DNA of 64,000 bases from Ignisphaera sp. Its GTDB lineage: Archaea > Thermoproteota > Thermoprotei_A > Sulfolobales > Ignisphaeraceae. Of this stretch, positions 1-9,261 are shown piece after piece. Both the position numbers and the translations under genes were made by a program. Below the pieces are notes generated by a model. That model saw only the letters and a list, made by a program, of their open reading frames with translations. It did not search any database and was not told the origin of the DNA. The DNA lies in assembly GCA_038889075.1 (NCBI GenBank), contig JAWAHS010000005.1, positions 1-64,000 on the forward strand. The letters are read 5' to 3'. Each line of letters starts with the position of its first letter. The stretch's first letter is position 1.

Positions 1-464
1 ACAGGACACCCAAGCTCTCCAGGAGCTACCGCAGGGTTGTAGAGCCCTTCGCAGACTACACACCGAGCGGGAACGGGGATAGGGATGCCGGGGGCAGGGT
101 AAAAGCGCTCGAGAAGGCGTTTAGGCACGTCGTGTCGATGCTACCGAGGGAGAAGAGCATGGTATTCTTCCTCGCTACGAACCCGGACCAGCGGTACAAG
201 CAGACCCTCTCGGAAATAGCTAGAAAGCTGGTGTCCCTCGGACACGAGGTGTACGTCGTGCTACCCCTGGTAACGACATTCGAGATAAGGGGTATGCCCG
301 AGTGGGCTCAAGCCATATACAGAGTCAAGACCTTCGACCTAGTCAAGAACTACCTAGACTATGCTAGAGAGCTGAGGAAGAGCGGAGTCAAAACCATAGT
401 AGCCGGGGCACAGCACGTACCCCAAGTAATCGTGTCGATGCTGGAAGCAAGATACGGATACTAA
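1..464 (+). CDS. 3' part of a protein truncated by the window edge, resembling the DUF58/vWA-like C-terminus
   Basis: Frame 3 is open from position 3 to TAA at 462-464, so the ORF-track start at 132 is internal. Pattern ...SMVFFLAT...LVSLGHEVYVVLP...RELRKSGVKTIV resembles DUF58 C-termini. GC-richer than downstream DNA. Confidence 0.45.
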   Translation, partial: RTPKLSRSYRRVVEPFADYTPSGNGDRDAGGRVKALEKAFRHVVSMLPREKSMVFFLATNPDQRYKQTLSEIARKLVSLGHEVYVVLPLVTTFEIRGMPEWAQAIYRVKTFDLVKNYLDYARELRKSGVKTIVAGAQHVPQVIVSMLEARYGY

Positions 465-1153
465 ACCAAGAAACACCGTTTGTCCCTAGATGACTGTTTT
501 TGTTTGCTTATGTTTGTTTTTATCTAGAGCTCCTCGAACTATGTAGTATATCTTATCATTTTCTAAAGCTATTCTTTTAAGAAGCTAATTATTATCTTCA
601 AATACATTGGTAAAGATTTTCGGAGTCTTCTTCTCTCTGTATACACCGCCAAATGTATTATAACAATATTCTTGGTCAAAGATCAAGGAAATCAAGTACT
701 TTAAAGCAATATTTAAGCTCTTTTAAGGATCTACTCCCTACGTTTTGGTTTAAAACTATTTTTAAATACCGTATTGTTCTGGATGCATAGTTATCCTAGT
801 TTTGAGGTTTCTTATCAACTGGGGTCTAACCAGCTAAATAAGAATATTTCTTATCTCCATAAGCTATTCCTGTTTAAATTTAGGGGATAGCTTGCTATCT
901 TAATATCTTTGCCTTATACTTTTTCGAATATTTTAATATTTTTTACTGTAGATTTTATTACTTCTTCACATTTCTTAACTCCTTTGTATGTTTATCGATA
1001 GCTGTTATTGTTTTTGAAATCTACCTCCCATTCATTTTACAAATGGTTTTTCCATTACTAGGTTGGTAATTAATTATTTTCGCGGTAATCATTATGCTGG
1101 TCATAGATAATATGAGTTAAATATGTTCTGTAATACGGGGGGATCTAGGGTGT

Positions 1154-1648
1154 CTATATAGTAATTTTATTATGTTTATGTAAATATTTGCCGTTCTTAA
1201 TGTTTTGGTTTAGATGTTGAAGTATACTTAGTTCAAATATTAGGTTTCCCATTATTGGGTCCGGGATAGTGTATGTATCTTCTTTCTTCTCTATTATTAT
1301 AGCTTTCTCTAAATTTTGAATTATATCGTTGAGTACTTTGCTATTTATATTCATAGTATTCTTAAGTTCGCTCCATCTAGCTGTTAAAAGCTTCAACAAT
1401 TTTATGTATTTCTCATGTGTTCTACGTGACTCTAGAAATTTTTTAAGTTCTTCTTAAAAGTATTTGTTTTCCTTCTTGATATACCTGCTCCAACGCTTCT
1501 TTATGTGTTAACCTACGTATATACCTCATATTTCCGTAGTAAGCTAGCCACCCTGGGTATCCTCCAAGTAGATCTATAGCCTCCTCTAGCTCAGTTATTG
1601 GTAGATCTAGTCTACACTCTCTAAACCCTTTAATAAGGAACTCTAAGC
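1154..1648 (-). pseudogene. 5'-truncated, frameshifted remnant of an archaeal ATPase (paralog of 6872-7948)
   Basis: Minus strand reads LEFLIKGFRECRLDLPITELEEAIDLLGGYPGWLAYYG, matching VEFLEKGF...EIDEAVDKLDGVIGWLTYYG of the 6872 ATPase. After a frameshift near 1455 it continues ELKNFLESRR...ARWSELK...IPDPI. No P-loop part present. Confidence 0.75.
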
Positions 1649-1874
1649 AATAGAATACAGTTAAGATAACCTAAAACACTCATCTCTACAATATCATAAT
1701 CTATAGGTAACAATTCGTTAACAGATGTTGTTAAAAAGATTGGCGAGGTACGAAGACCTCATATTGGAAGCAGACGAACACTACCCAAAATACCTTGGGA
1801 AAGTGAGAGAAGAGCTAAAGCTAAATTCTTAACTAATAAAATAAGCTCTAAAAAGGAAGCAAACCCTATAAAGA

Positions 1875-1990
1875 GAATCTAGATTAAGAGAAAAACAGTG
1901 ATGGCAGGCCGTAGACCTCTTCACAGCAGTTATGAGACTATACCTTTCAGTTATGAAACCTCGGCATAAGAGTCGTGGACTCACTTTAGT
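1875..1990 (+). pseudogene. possible PaREP1-family fragment
   Basis: Reads ESRLREKQ*WQAVDLFTAVMRL, similar to the PaREP1 R..GRW...L..AV..L segment; in-frame stop, very short. Confidence 0.25.
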
Positions 1991-2108
1991 AAATATTACC
2001 GTGGCAGGAGTATAGAGCTGGTAGGATACCCACTAAGCTCCCACCAACTAACACGCCCTCTACACAATACGTCTCTTATTAGAGAAAATTCGAAGACATA
2101 TAATAATA

Positions 2109-2139
2109 TACTAATATACTATGGTATAGTATATTAGTA
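2109..2139. repeat. perfect 14-bp inverted repeat with 3-nt spacer
   Basis: TACTAATATACTAT-ggt-ATAGTATATTAGTA read directly. Confidence 0.9.
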
Positions 2140-2467
2140 CCTAAGTATATACGTTATGCGCCGGGCTTAATCACACAGAGCCTAGAACTCTACCTCTGGC
2201 TCCCCCACCACCGATTTAAGGAGCTCAACCCTCTTCTTGTAAGCCACCCCAGCCCTGGACCTCAACACCAGCTCACTTGTCATACTAAACGTGATTGATT
2301 TGATGGGTCTTCCGAAGCCCACAAAAAACTTATAAATCCGTCAAAATGAAACAACGACGAGAAACAATCAGGGAAAGACTGAAAGATTGAAAATATTATG
2401 GTGATAGTTCATCTCTGTAGAGCTTTTTGTTGGTAGGTACGAAGATCTTAGATCTATCATTAGGATA

Positions 2468-3493
2468 TTGAAGGGGGTTGTAAAAGGGTCTAAGGTATTA
2501 GGTTATAGAGTTGTTGATGAAGGTATTGGTTGGGGTGAAATAAGCGATATAAATGATTTACCACTAGGTTTTTCTGATATTCAGAAACCAGGCTTCTATA
2601 GGTTATCCAAAGGTATTAGGTTTAGGCATAACCTTACATCCCCTAAATTATACCTTCATCCACCTGAGCAATTAGTTTCATTAGTGCTACCAAACTATAG
2701 GATTGTAGGCGATGATTTGCATATTGATAGGGTTATACTATTTGGTATTAAGCCCTGCGATTTGAGGGCTATCGGTATTTTAGACTCTATTCTAGGTCTT
2801 AATAAACACCCCATCTATACTAGGATGAGGAGCTCTATAGTTGGCGTTGTTGTTGAAGAATGCTTAGAGCCTGGGGAGACATGTTTTTGCGGAGCTCTTG
2901 GAGCAGGTCCAAGCATATTGCAGGGTTTTGATATAGCGTATGCTAGACTTCGAGAAGATCTCGTCTTATTTAAGTACGGTAGCGATATAGGTAAAGAGGT
3001 TATTAGTAGAGCTAACCTAGTAAAAGCTGATAGAGATATAGTTTCTCTATATCAAGAACTTATTGATAGGTGTAGAAAAACCACAGAAACCCGGATACCT
3101 AGTATCAATGAGATTAAGGATGCCTTAAAGAAATCTATGAATAACACGCAGCTATGGAGTAGATTATCATCTAAGTGTGTTGGCTGTGGAAACTGTAACT
3201 ATGTATGTCCAACCTGTTTCTGCATAGAAATCGAAGATATTGTATCAGATGGGTTGAGTAGGAGAGTAGGTAAATGGATTGGATGCTTAACCTATACCTA
3301 TGGCCAAGTTGCTGGAGGGCACTTTAGACCCCGGCTATACACTAGGTATAGGCATTTTGTACTACATAAATTCCTCTTTTACCCTATGCAGATAAACGAT
3401 ATTGGATGTGTTGGTTGTGGTAGGTGTATTACTTGGTGTCCTCTTGGAATAGATATAAGGGATACGCTTAGAGAGGTTGTTAAGAATGGATAG
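2468..3493 (+). CDS. hydB: group 3b [NiFe]-hydrogenase (sulfhydrogenase) beta subunit, 4Fe-4S dicluster
   Basis: GIKPCD, CFC, CVGCGNCNYVCPTCFC and GCVGCGRCITWCP motifs; first gene of a B-G-D-A operon; frame is open upstream to 2408. Confidence 0.9.
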   Translation: MKGVVKGSKVLGYRVVDEGIGWGEISDINDLPLGFSDIQKPGFYRLSKGIRFRHNLTSPKLYLHPPEQLVSLVLPNYRIVGDDLHIDRVILFGIKPCDLRAIGILDSILGLNKHPIYTRMRSSIVGVVVEECLEPGETCFCGALGAGPSILQGFDIAYARLREDLVLFKYGSDIGKEVISRANLVKADRDIVSLYQELIDRCRKTTETRIPSINEIKDALKKSMNNTQLWSRLSSKCVGCGNCNYVCPTCFCIEIEDIVSDGLSRRVGKWIGCLTYTYGQVAGGHFRPRLYTRYRHFVLHKFLFYPMQINDIGCVGCGRCITWCPLGIDIRDTLREVVKNG

Positions 3494-4334
3494 AGAGGAA
3501 GAAAAGCTAAGCATATTTGCGTTTAGGAGAGCCATAGTCGTTAACGAGATTGAAGAGGCCCCTAATGTCAAGACCTTAGCCATGAAGTTCAGCGGAGATT
3601 ACAATGCATCACCTGGTCAGTTCAACATGATTTATGTATACGGTCTTGGAGAGGTACCGATATCCCTAGCCAATCTACCTAAATCTGTAGGTAGATCTAC
3701 TGTTGTTGAACATACTATTAGAAATGTTGGAGCTATAACGAAGGCTGTTGTCTACAGAATTAGTATCGGCTCTATAGTTGGGATTAGAGGGCCCTACGGA
3801 AGAGGGTGGCCTTTGAATGAGGTAGAGGGTAGAGATATACTGATAATCGGCGGCGGCATAGGGATGGCTCCTCTAAGACCTACTATAAAGTACATAGAGA
3901 AGTCTAGGGAGAGGTTCGGTAGAATCAATATCTTATTTGGCGCTAGAACTCCTCAAGATATGCTCTATAAATATGAGCTCGATTCATTTAAATCTATACC
4001 TAATACAAAGCTTATGTTATCGGTTGACACCTATTCAAATGGTTGGCAGTACTACGTAGGATTTGTAACAGATTTAATAAACTACGTAGATACCGATGTA
4101 GATAATGCCGTTGCTTTTTTATGTGGTCCCGAGCCCATGATGAGGATAGGGGTTAAGAAGCTCCTAGATAAAGGGTTCCGCAAGGATTGTTTATTCCTAT
4201 CCCTAGAGAGGAGGATGAGATGTGGTGTAGGTGTTTGCGGCACGTGCCAATTTGGGCAATACTTTATCTGCAGAAATGGGCCTGTCTTTAGGTATAGTGA
4301 TATAGAGGACTACATCTGGGTAGAGGGGATATAG
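3477..4334 (+). CDS. hydG: sulfhydrogenase gamma subunit (FAD/NAD(P)-binding, 2Fe-2S)
   Basis: PGQF, GEVPIS, RGPYG, GGGIGMAP, CGPEPM, ERRMRCGVGVCGTC; ATG at 3486 is a likely start. Confidence 0.92.
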   Translation: MLRMDREEEKLSIFAFRRAIVVNEIEEAPNVKTLAMKFSGDYNASPGQFNMIYVYGLGEVPISLANLPKSVGRSTVVEHTIRNVGAITKAVVYRISIGSIVGIRGPYGRGWPLNEVEGRDILIIGGGIGMAPLRPTIKYIEKSRERFGRINILFGARTPQDMLYKYELDSFKSIPNTKLMLSVDTYSNGWQYYVGFVTDLINYVDTDVDNAVAFLCGPEPMMRIGVKKLLDKGFRKDCLFLSLERRMRCGVGVCGTCQFGQYFICRNGPVFRYSDIEDYIWVEGI

Positions 4335-4335
4335 G

Positions 4336-5118
4336 GTGTACAGAGTGGCTATCGTTAAAACAACTTCGTGTTCTGGCTGTATAAACGAGCTTGTGTACTG
4401 CTTAACATCTGATCCACAGATGATCAAGATATACAGAGTTGATTTCTCCCCCGAATTCGTGGATGGCGATATCCCAGATGAAATAGATATACTGTTTGTA
4501 GAAGGCTCTATATCGAACAATGCTCAAGAAAAGCTCTTAGTTGATTTAAGGAAGAGAACTAGGATAGCTATAGCTATAGGTACATGCGCTGTTATGGGGG
4601 GTATACAAAGCCTTAGATCTGGCAATAGTATCGATGACGTTAAGAGCTACGTATATCCAGAACCTAATCTAGTAGATGTTTACAGCGATGTAAAACCTGT
4701 AGACCAAGTTATACAAATAGACTTATCTTTCCCTGGATGCCCTGTAAATAGGTTAGCTATTGCATCCTTTCTAAAGAAATTCTCGTTAGGAGGGCTACCT
4801 ATACCTATATATGAAAGCGTCTGTGGCGAATGTAAGAGAAAAAATATAGCGTGTGTAATGGTTTCAAAAGGCATGGCTTGCTTAGGGCCTATAACAGTTA
4901 ACGGCTGTGGAGCTATATGTCCTTCTTTTAACCGCGGTTGCTATGGTTGCTACGGCATCAAGAGCTACGATATAGATGCGGCTAACTTTAAGGAATTTAT
5001 TAATGTATTGCTCGGTTTAGGTATGGATAGAAGTTGTATCCTAACGTTAGTTAAAGGATATAGCTTTAAACTACTTAAAAACTCGTTGGTGATGAGCTAT
5101 AGAGAAGATTTTGACTAG
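4336..5118 (+). CDS. hydD: [NiFe]-hydrogenase small (delta) subunit
   Basis: SCSGC, VEGS, GTCAVMGG, PGCP, SVCGEC, CLGPIT..GCGAICP...RGCYGC. Confidence 0.92.
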   Translation: MYRVAIVKTTSCSGCINELVYCLTSDPQMIKIYRVDFSPEFVDGDIPDEIDILFVEGSISNNAQEKLLVDLRKRTRIAIAIGTCAVMGGIQSLRSGNSIDDVKSYVYPEPNLVDVYSDVKPVDQVIQIDLSFPGCPVNRLAIASFLKKFSLGGLPIPIYESVCGECKRKNIACVMVSKGMACLGPITVNGCGAICPSFNRGCYGCYGIKSYDIDAANFKEFINVLLGLGMDRSCILTLVKGYSFKLLKNSLVMSYREDFD

Positions 5119-6379
5119 AGTTGAAGGAGAAGGAGAGATAATAATAATCGAAAGAGATGACGTAATCGAATCTGTTATCTACAGGATTTCCGAAAGCCCC
5201 AGATTCTTTGAGTATATTGTTAGAGGTAGAGATCTACAGATTGTTACCGATATTGTTAGCAGGATATGTGGATTATGTGGGGTTTCCTATGTATACGTAG
5301 CTTCAAAAGCTTTCGAAAAATGCCTAGAGATAGATGTAGCTGAAGAAATTGAAAACCTTAGGGTTGCTCTACACCTTATCGAAAGAATTAAAAGCCATAT
5401 GATACATTTATTCTACTTAAACCTACCGGATCTTGTCTACACAAGATCATCTATAGAATTCTCTGATAGAAACCCGGAAATATCGAGAGACGCTCTAAGG
5501 GTTATAGCATGGTCTAGAAAAGCTATGGAGCTGCTTGGCGGAAGATTCCATAATGTCGTAAATATTAAGGTTGGAGGTGTGTATAGGGTACCAGATAGAG
5601 ACGGCGTTAAAAAACTTGGCAAAGAGTTAGCCGACATCATTAAGAGTTTTACGAAGTTTGCTGAATTCTACCTAAGCTTAAGAACTGAACCAGAAAATCC
5701 TCAGAGGCTTTCCACAGCATCTATATACAGTAGAGGGTATCCTCATACAGGTGACTATATATCTCTTAATGGCTCTGTTTATAGTGTGAGTGAATTCTAT
5801 AGAGAGATCTCCAAATATATTCAGAAGAGTTACTCAAATGCTCTACACTATAGAATAAAGGGCTCTAAGAGCTATGTTGTTGGACCTATCGCAAGGTTTA
5901 ACCAATTCTATAACTACTTATCGAAAAGTATTAGGGAATTCATAGAATTGTATGGGTGGAAACCACCTATAGAAAATATATTCTATGGGTATGTAGCACG
6001 TATTGCAGAAACGTATGAAGCAGTACAACAACTAGAAGAGTTTATCAACAACTACAAAACTATTAACTTGGATAACGAAGAGCCTAAGAAAAACATAGAT
6101 CACCTTGTATGCGAAGCAGCTGTAGAAGCTCCAAGAGGTATTCTCTATCATAGATACACAATAAACGAGAACAAGAAAGTTATTGCATGCGATATAGTTA
6201 CGCCTACAGCTCAAAACTTAGCGGCAATAGAGGATATAGCCTTAGGAATACTTAGAGGAAGAAAAATAGATGAAAAAACAATATCGTTAGCAAGAAAAAT
6301 AGCTATAGCTTTCGATCCATGTCTCTCATGCTCAGTACACGCTATACCAATAAAAATAATTAAAGCACACAACAGATAG
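5111..6379 (+). CDS. hydA: [NiFe]-hydrogenase large (alpha) subunit
   Basis: TRVEGEG, L1 motif RICGLC, EAPRG, L2 motif DPCLSCSVH followed by a short C-terminal extension. Confidence 0.95.
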   Translation: MTRVEGEGEIIIIERDDVIESVIYRISESPRFFEYIVRGRDLQIVTDIVSRICGLCGVSYVYVASKAFEKCLEIDVAEEIENLRVALHLIERIKSHMIHLFYLNLPDLVYTRSSIEFSDRNPEISRDALRVIAWSRKAMELLGGRFHNVVNIKVGGVYRVPDRDGVKKLGKELADIIKSFTKFAEFYLSLRTEPENPQRLSTASIYSRGYPHTGDYISLNGSVYSVSEFYREISKYIQKSYSNALHYRIKGSKSYVVGPIARFNQFYNYLSKSIREFIELYGWKPPIENIFYGYVARIAETYEAVQQLEEFINNYKTINLDNEEPKKNIDHLVCEAAVEAPRGILYHRYTINENKKVIACDIVTPTAQNLAAIEDIALGILRGRKIDEKTISLARKIAIAFDPCLSCSVHAIPIKIIKAHNR

Positions 6380-6503
6380 TGCCACCCAGTGAATCTACCC
6401 TCATAGTCGAAGACCGTCATCTACTAATCTCTTTGTTACAGCTAGAGTCTATAGTTAAGAAACCTTTGTCTCTTACAAATTGTTAAACTAACATTTTCGC
6501 CAT

Positions 6504-6813
6504 ATTAAAATCGAGTTCGTCAGCGAAGAGAATACATCCACCACCTGCCCACTATGCGAAGCCAAGGACGGATACCACAAGAGAGTATATAGAGGATTGG
6601 TGAAACGCTACAAACACGACAAGGTATTCAACGCAGACCTGGTAGGAGCACATAACATCCTGTTCAAAGCGAAAACCATTCCCCCGAGCCCCCTGCACTA
6701 TGCGGGGTAGGGGTAATGCGCTGAGACCGGCGCAGGGCTGAGCCCGGTGGGAGCCGGGGATATAGCTCTAAACCTCCCCGGAACCCTTATCCTTTAGGGC
6801 GGGGAGGAGGTCA
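6504..6813 (+). mobile_element. tnpB: IS200/IS605 remnant: tnpB 3' fragment plus right end/omegaRNA scaffold
   Basis: 6504-6710 reads IKIEFVSEENTSTTCPLC...RGLVK...FNADLVGAHNI (Zn finger + RuvC-III). Followed by GC-rich hairpins (CCTCCCCG 6773-6780 / CGGGGAGG 6800-6807) ending GGGCGGGGAGGAGGTCA, a typical archaeal IS605 right end. Confidence 0.85.
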
Positions 6814-6871
6814 GATTGGTGTGTTCTACTCTATAGCTGTATTAAATAGGCTTTGATTGGTGGTAAAGTTT

Positions 6872-7948
6872 TTAGAGTGTTTTTGCTGCTTCTTCTGCTA
6901 ATGGGTCTAGGAATTTATTTTCGCTATCTATTATGGAGCGGTTTCTTAGTGTGTATAGGATTTCGTATATAACTCTATCGCTTATAGGTTTACCTTCTAC
7001 CTCCTCGAGTTTAGCTTTTAGTCTTCCCCACTCCCTTACACCCGATGATAGTAGCCTTAAAATCCTCCTGTATCTCTCTCTGCTTACTCTATACTCGAGG
7101 AAGTTCTCAAGTTCTTTTCTAGCCAGCTCTACAGCTTCTCTCCATACATCCTCCAAGTTCTTGCCCTGGAAAACGGTAGAGTAGCCGTAGTAAGTAAGCC
7201 ACCCAATTACACCATCCAGTTTATCTACAGCTTCATCGATTTCGCCCCTGTCTACCCTGTAGTTCAATTCGTTGAATCCTTTCTCTAGAAACTCCACAGC
7301 CTCCTCTCTACTAAGTCTCCTAGTTTTAACCTCCAGGTAAGCTCTACCGTATAGAGGTGCCTCAGGATCTTTTAGAAAACGGTAGACAACCCCCATCTCG
7401 GAGCCGCTAATAACAAAGGAGATACTCCTTAGATGGTCGTAGGAGTACGCTAGAGCGTTCTGAAGAGCCACAGCTACACTGCCAATAGCCCTCTGGAGCT
7501 CATCAAAGACCACCACAACTTTCACACCATGCTCCTCGGCAACCTTATCCAAAGCTGTAAACAGCTGTGTAAGAAGTGGTCTATCCCGACCCCAGCTAAA
7601 CTCAACACCTACCCCTGAGATGTAGACCCCTCTTATAATGCTTAAGATCTTAATCAACGACTCGTAGAAGCCCCTGAACCTGGATATCCTCGACATAAAC
7701 TCGGATAGACTACCCGATAGAACCTCGTATAGATCCCTCCAAGACCTAACAACACCTCTTAGATCTACAAATATGTAAGGGGTATTCGATTCCTCAAGAA
7801 CAGTCAGTATCAAAGATGTTTTACCTGTCCTCCTAAGACCTGTAACAACAAGTAGATGCTGTCCTAGAAATCTCTTCAGCGTACTGAACTCTTCATCGAA
7901 ATCGAAAAGGTCTTCCCTCCTCCTCTTGGGCTTTGGGTCGAACAGCAT
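6872..7948 (-). CDS. archaeal ATPase (ATPase_2/AAA with C-terminal wHTH)
   Basis: MLFDPKPK..REDLFD start typical of the family, Walker A GLRRTGKTS, Walker B VVFDELQ, SGSEMG, PLYGR. Start moved from 8002 to ATG 7948. Confidence 0.9.
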   Translation of the reverse strand: MLFDPKPKRRREDLFDFDEEFSTLKRFLGQHLLVVTGLRRTGKTSLILTVLEESNTPYIFVDLRGVVRSWRDLYEVLSGSLSEFMSRISRFRGFYESLIKILSIIRGVYISGVGVEFSWGRDRPLLTQLFTALDKVAEEHGVKVVVVFDELQRAIGSVAVALQNALAYSYDHLRSISFVISGSEMGVVYRFLKDPEAPLYGRAYLEVKTRRLSREEAVEFLEKGFNELNYRVDRGEIDEAVDKLDGVIGWLTYYGYSTVFQGKNLEDVWREAVELARKELENFLEYRVSRERYRRILRLLSSGVREWGRLKAKLEEVEGKPISDRVIYEILYTLRNRSIIDSENKFLDPLAEEAAKTL

Positions 7949-7983
7949 ACTTTCGCACCGGAATAAACCTCCGCACCGAAAGC
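7949..7983. promoter_or_regulatory. tandem imperfect palindromes (consensus ACTTTCG-N3-CGAAAGT), putative operator of the ATPase gene
   Basis: ACTTTCGCACCGGAAT (7949) and ACCTCCGCACCGAAAG (7967), 18 bp apart, between the start codon and a TATA-like TTTTTAGC on the minus strand. Confidence 0.55.
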
Positions 7984-8053
7984 TAAAAATCCACTTCGTC
8001 AAACAGCCAACACAAAACTTAAAAAGCTGAACCCCGTCTATATCTGAACAGCT

Positions 8054-8503
8054 CTATTTCACCATGCTTTCCACAAGTCGGCTGCTGATGAATGTGCTTA
8101 CCAGTAGTATTGTAAGCCATATCGGTAGCGCGATTTTAAAATCTACATCTGGAGCCCTTCCTACCAAGGCCTTCAATAGAGAAAAATATAGTGTTCCAAT
8201 GATATAGTATGCTGATACTGAAGTATATACCCTACTCCTCAATCCAAGTCCTGTACATCTATATAGCAGAAAGCCGAGCGCCAGGGAAATCGAGATAGGT
8301 ATAATTGTCAATAGGAATAAAGCTAAAGCTAGGTCTACGGATGGGAATAATTCGAGAAGCCAGAAGAGCCACCCCCACCACCCAATGAAAATAACACAGA
8401 ACCCGAGGCTCACAAGTAGGTCGCGTGTTAAAGTAAGCATCAGTAACATGAGAAGTGCTACTGCAAAAAGATACGACATCAGGATACCTGCGAAAGTCTG
8501 CAA
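8054..8503 (-). CDS. hypothetical integral membrane protein
   Basis: 149-aa ORF made of about 5 hydrophobic helices; start uncertain. Confidence 0.6.
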   Translation of the reverse strand: MQTFAGILMSYLFAVALLMLLMLTLTRDLLVSLGFCVIFIGWWGWLFWLLELFPSVDLALALFLLTIIPISISLALGFLLYRCTGLGLRSRVYTSVSAYYIIGTLYFSLLKALVGRAPDVDFKIALPIWLTILLVSTFISSRLVESMVK

Positions 8504-9261
8504 AGCTCTGCTAATAGCGCATCCCAGGCTGAATTGATCTGCATTAGGGTTAATATTTGTTCACGAACATGGGATGCAGAGCACCTAGAGTAGCTCTAAG
8601 CATCTGGTCTGCCGATACAATCTCGGACACAGAACCCTAACTGCAGGTCGAATACAGCATGTATAGCAGGGTTATCAAGTTAGATGAACAGCAGGAGGAA
8701 GCCGCTGAGTTGCTCCCACATAGATATAGCATTCAATGTATACGATAAAACTTCTAAGAAATTTCTCGGTGTTCCAGAGAAACATGGGGTCATCAAATCG
8801 TTAAGTTTATGCCATGTTACCAGTAATCTACGTTGGTAAAATAGATATCAATTCATGGAGAGAAGAGATGCTGAAAATTTATGGAGAGACCTTCACATTG
8901 CGCAACGCCTTTAATTGAAGGTGCTGTTATAAAAAACTATCGCAGACAGTTTTTCGCTAAAGCTATAAACAAAGAATTCGATGAAGCGCTCGGAGGAGAA
9001 GAACATTACATTAGGAGAGGGGGAAAGGAAGGCCAAAACGGACGGATTATATCAAGGAGAAGAATGGGATAGACTGTATTATCCAGATGGAAAATACTAT
9101 CAGCAAAATACGGCGTTATGCGAGTAATACATAGAGCTTAAAGCATATAGTATTTTATTAATAAGGTAACGCACTCTCCATAGTTATCTTATAACTTATA
9201 GACATAAGAAGACTTTGCAAACAATTCAACAAGTCACCAAACTATCAAAAGGGATCTTTCC

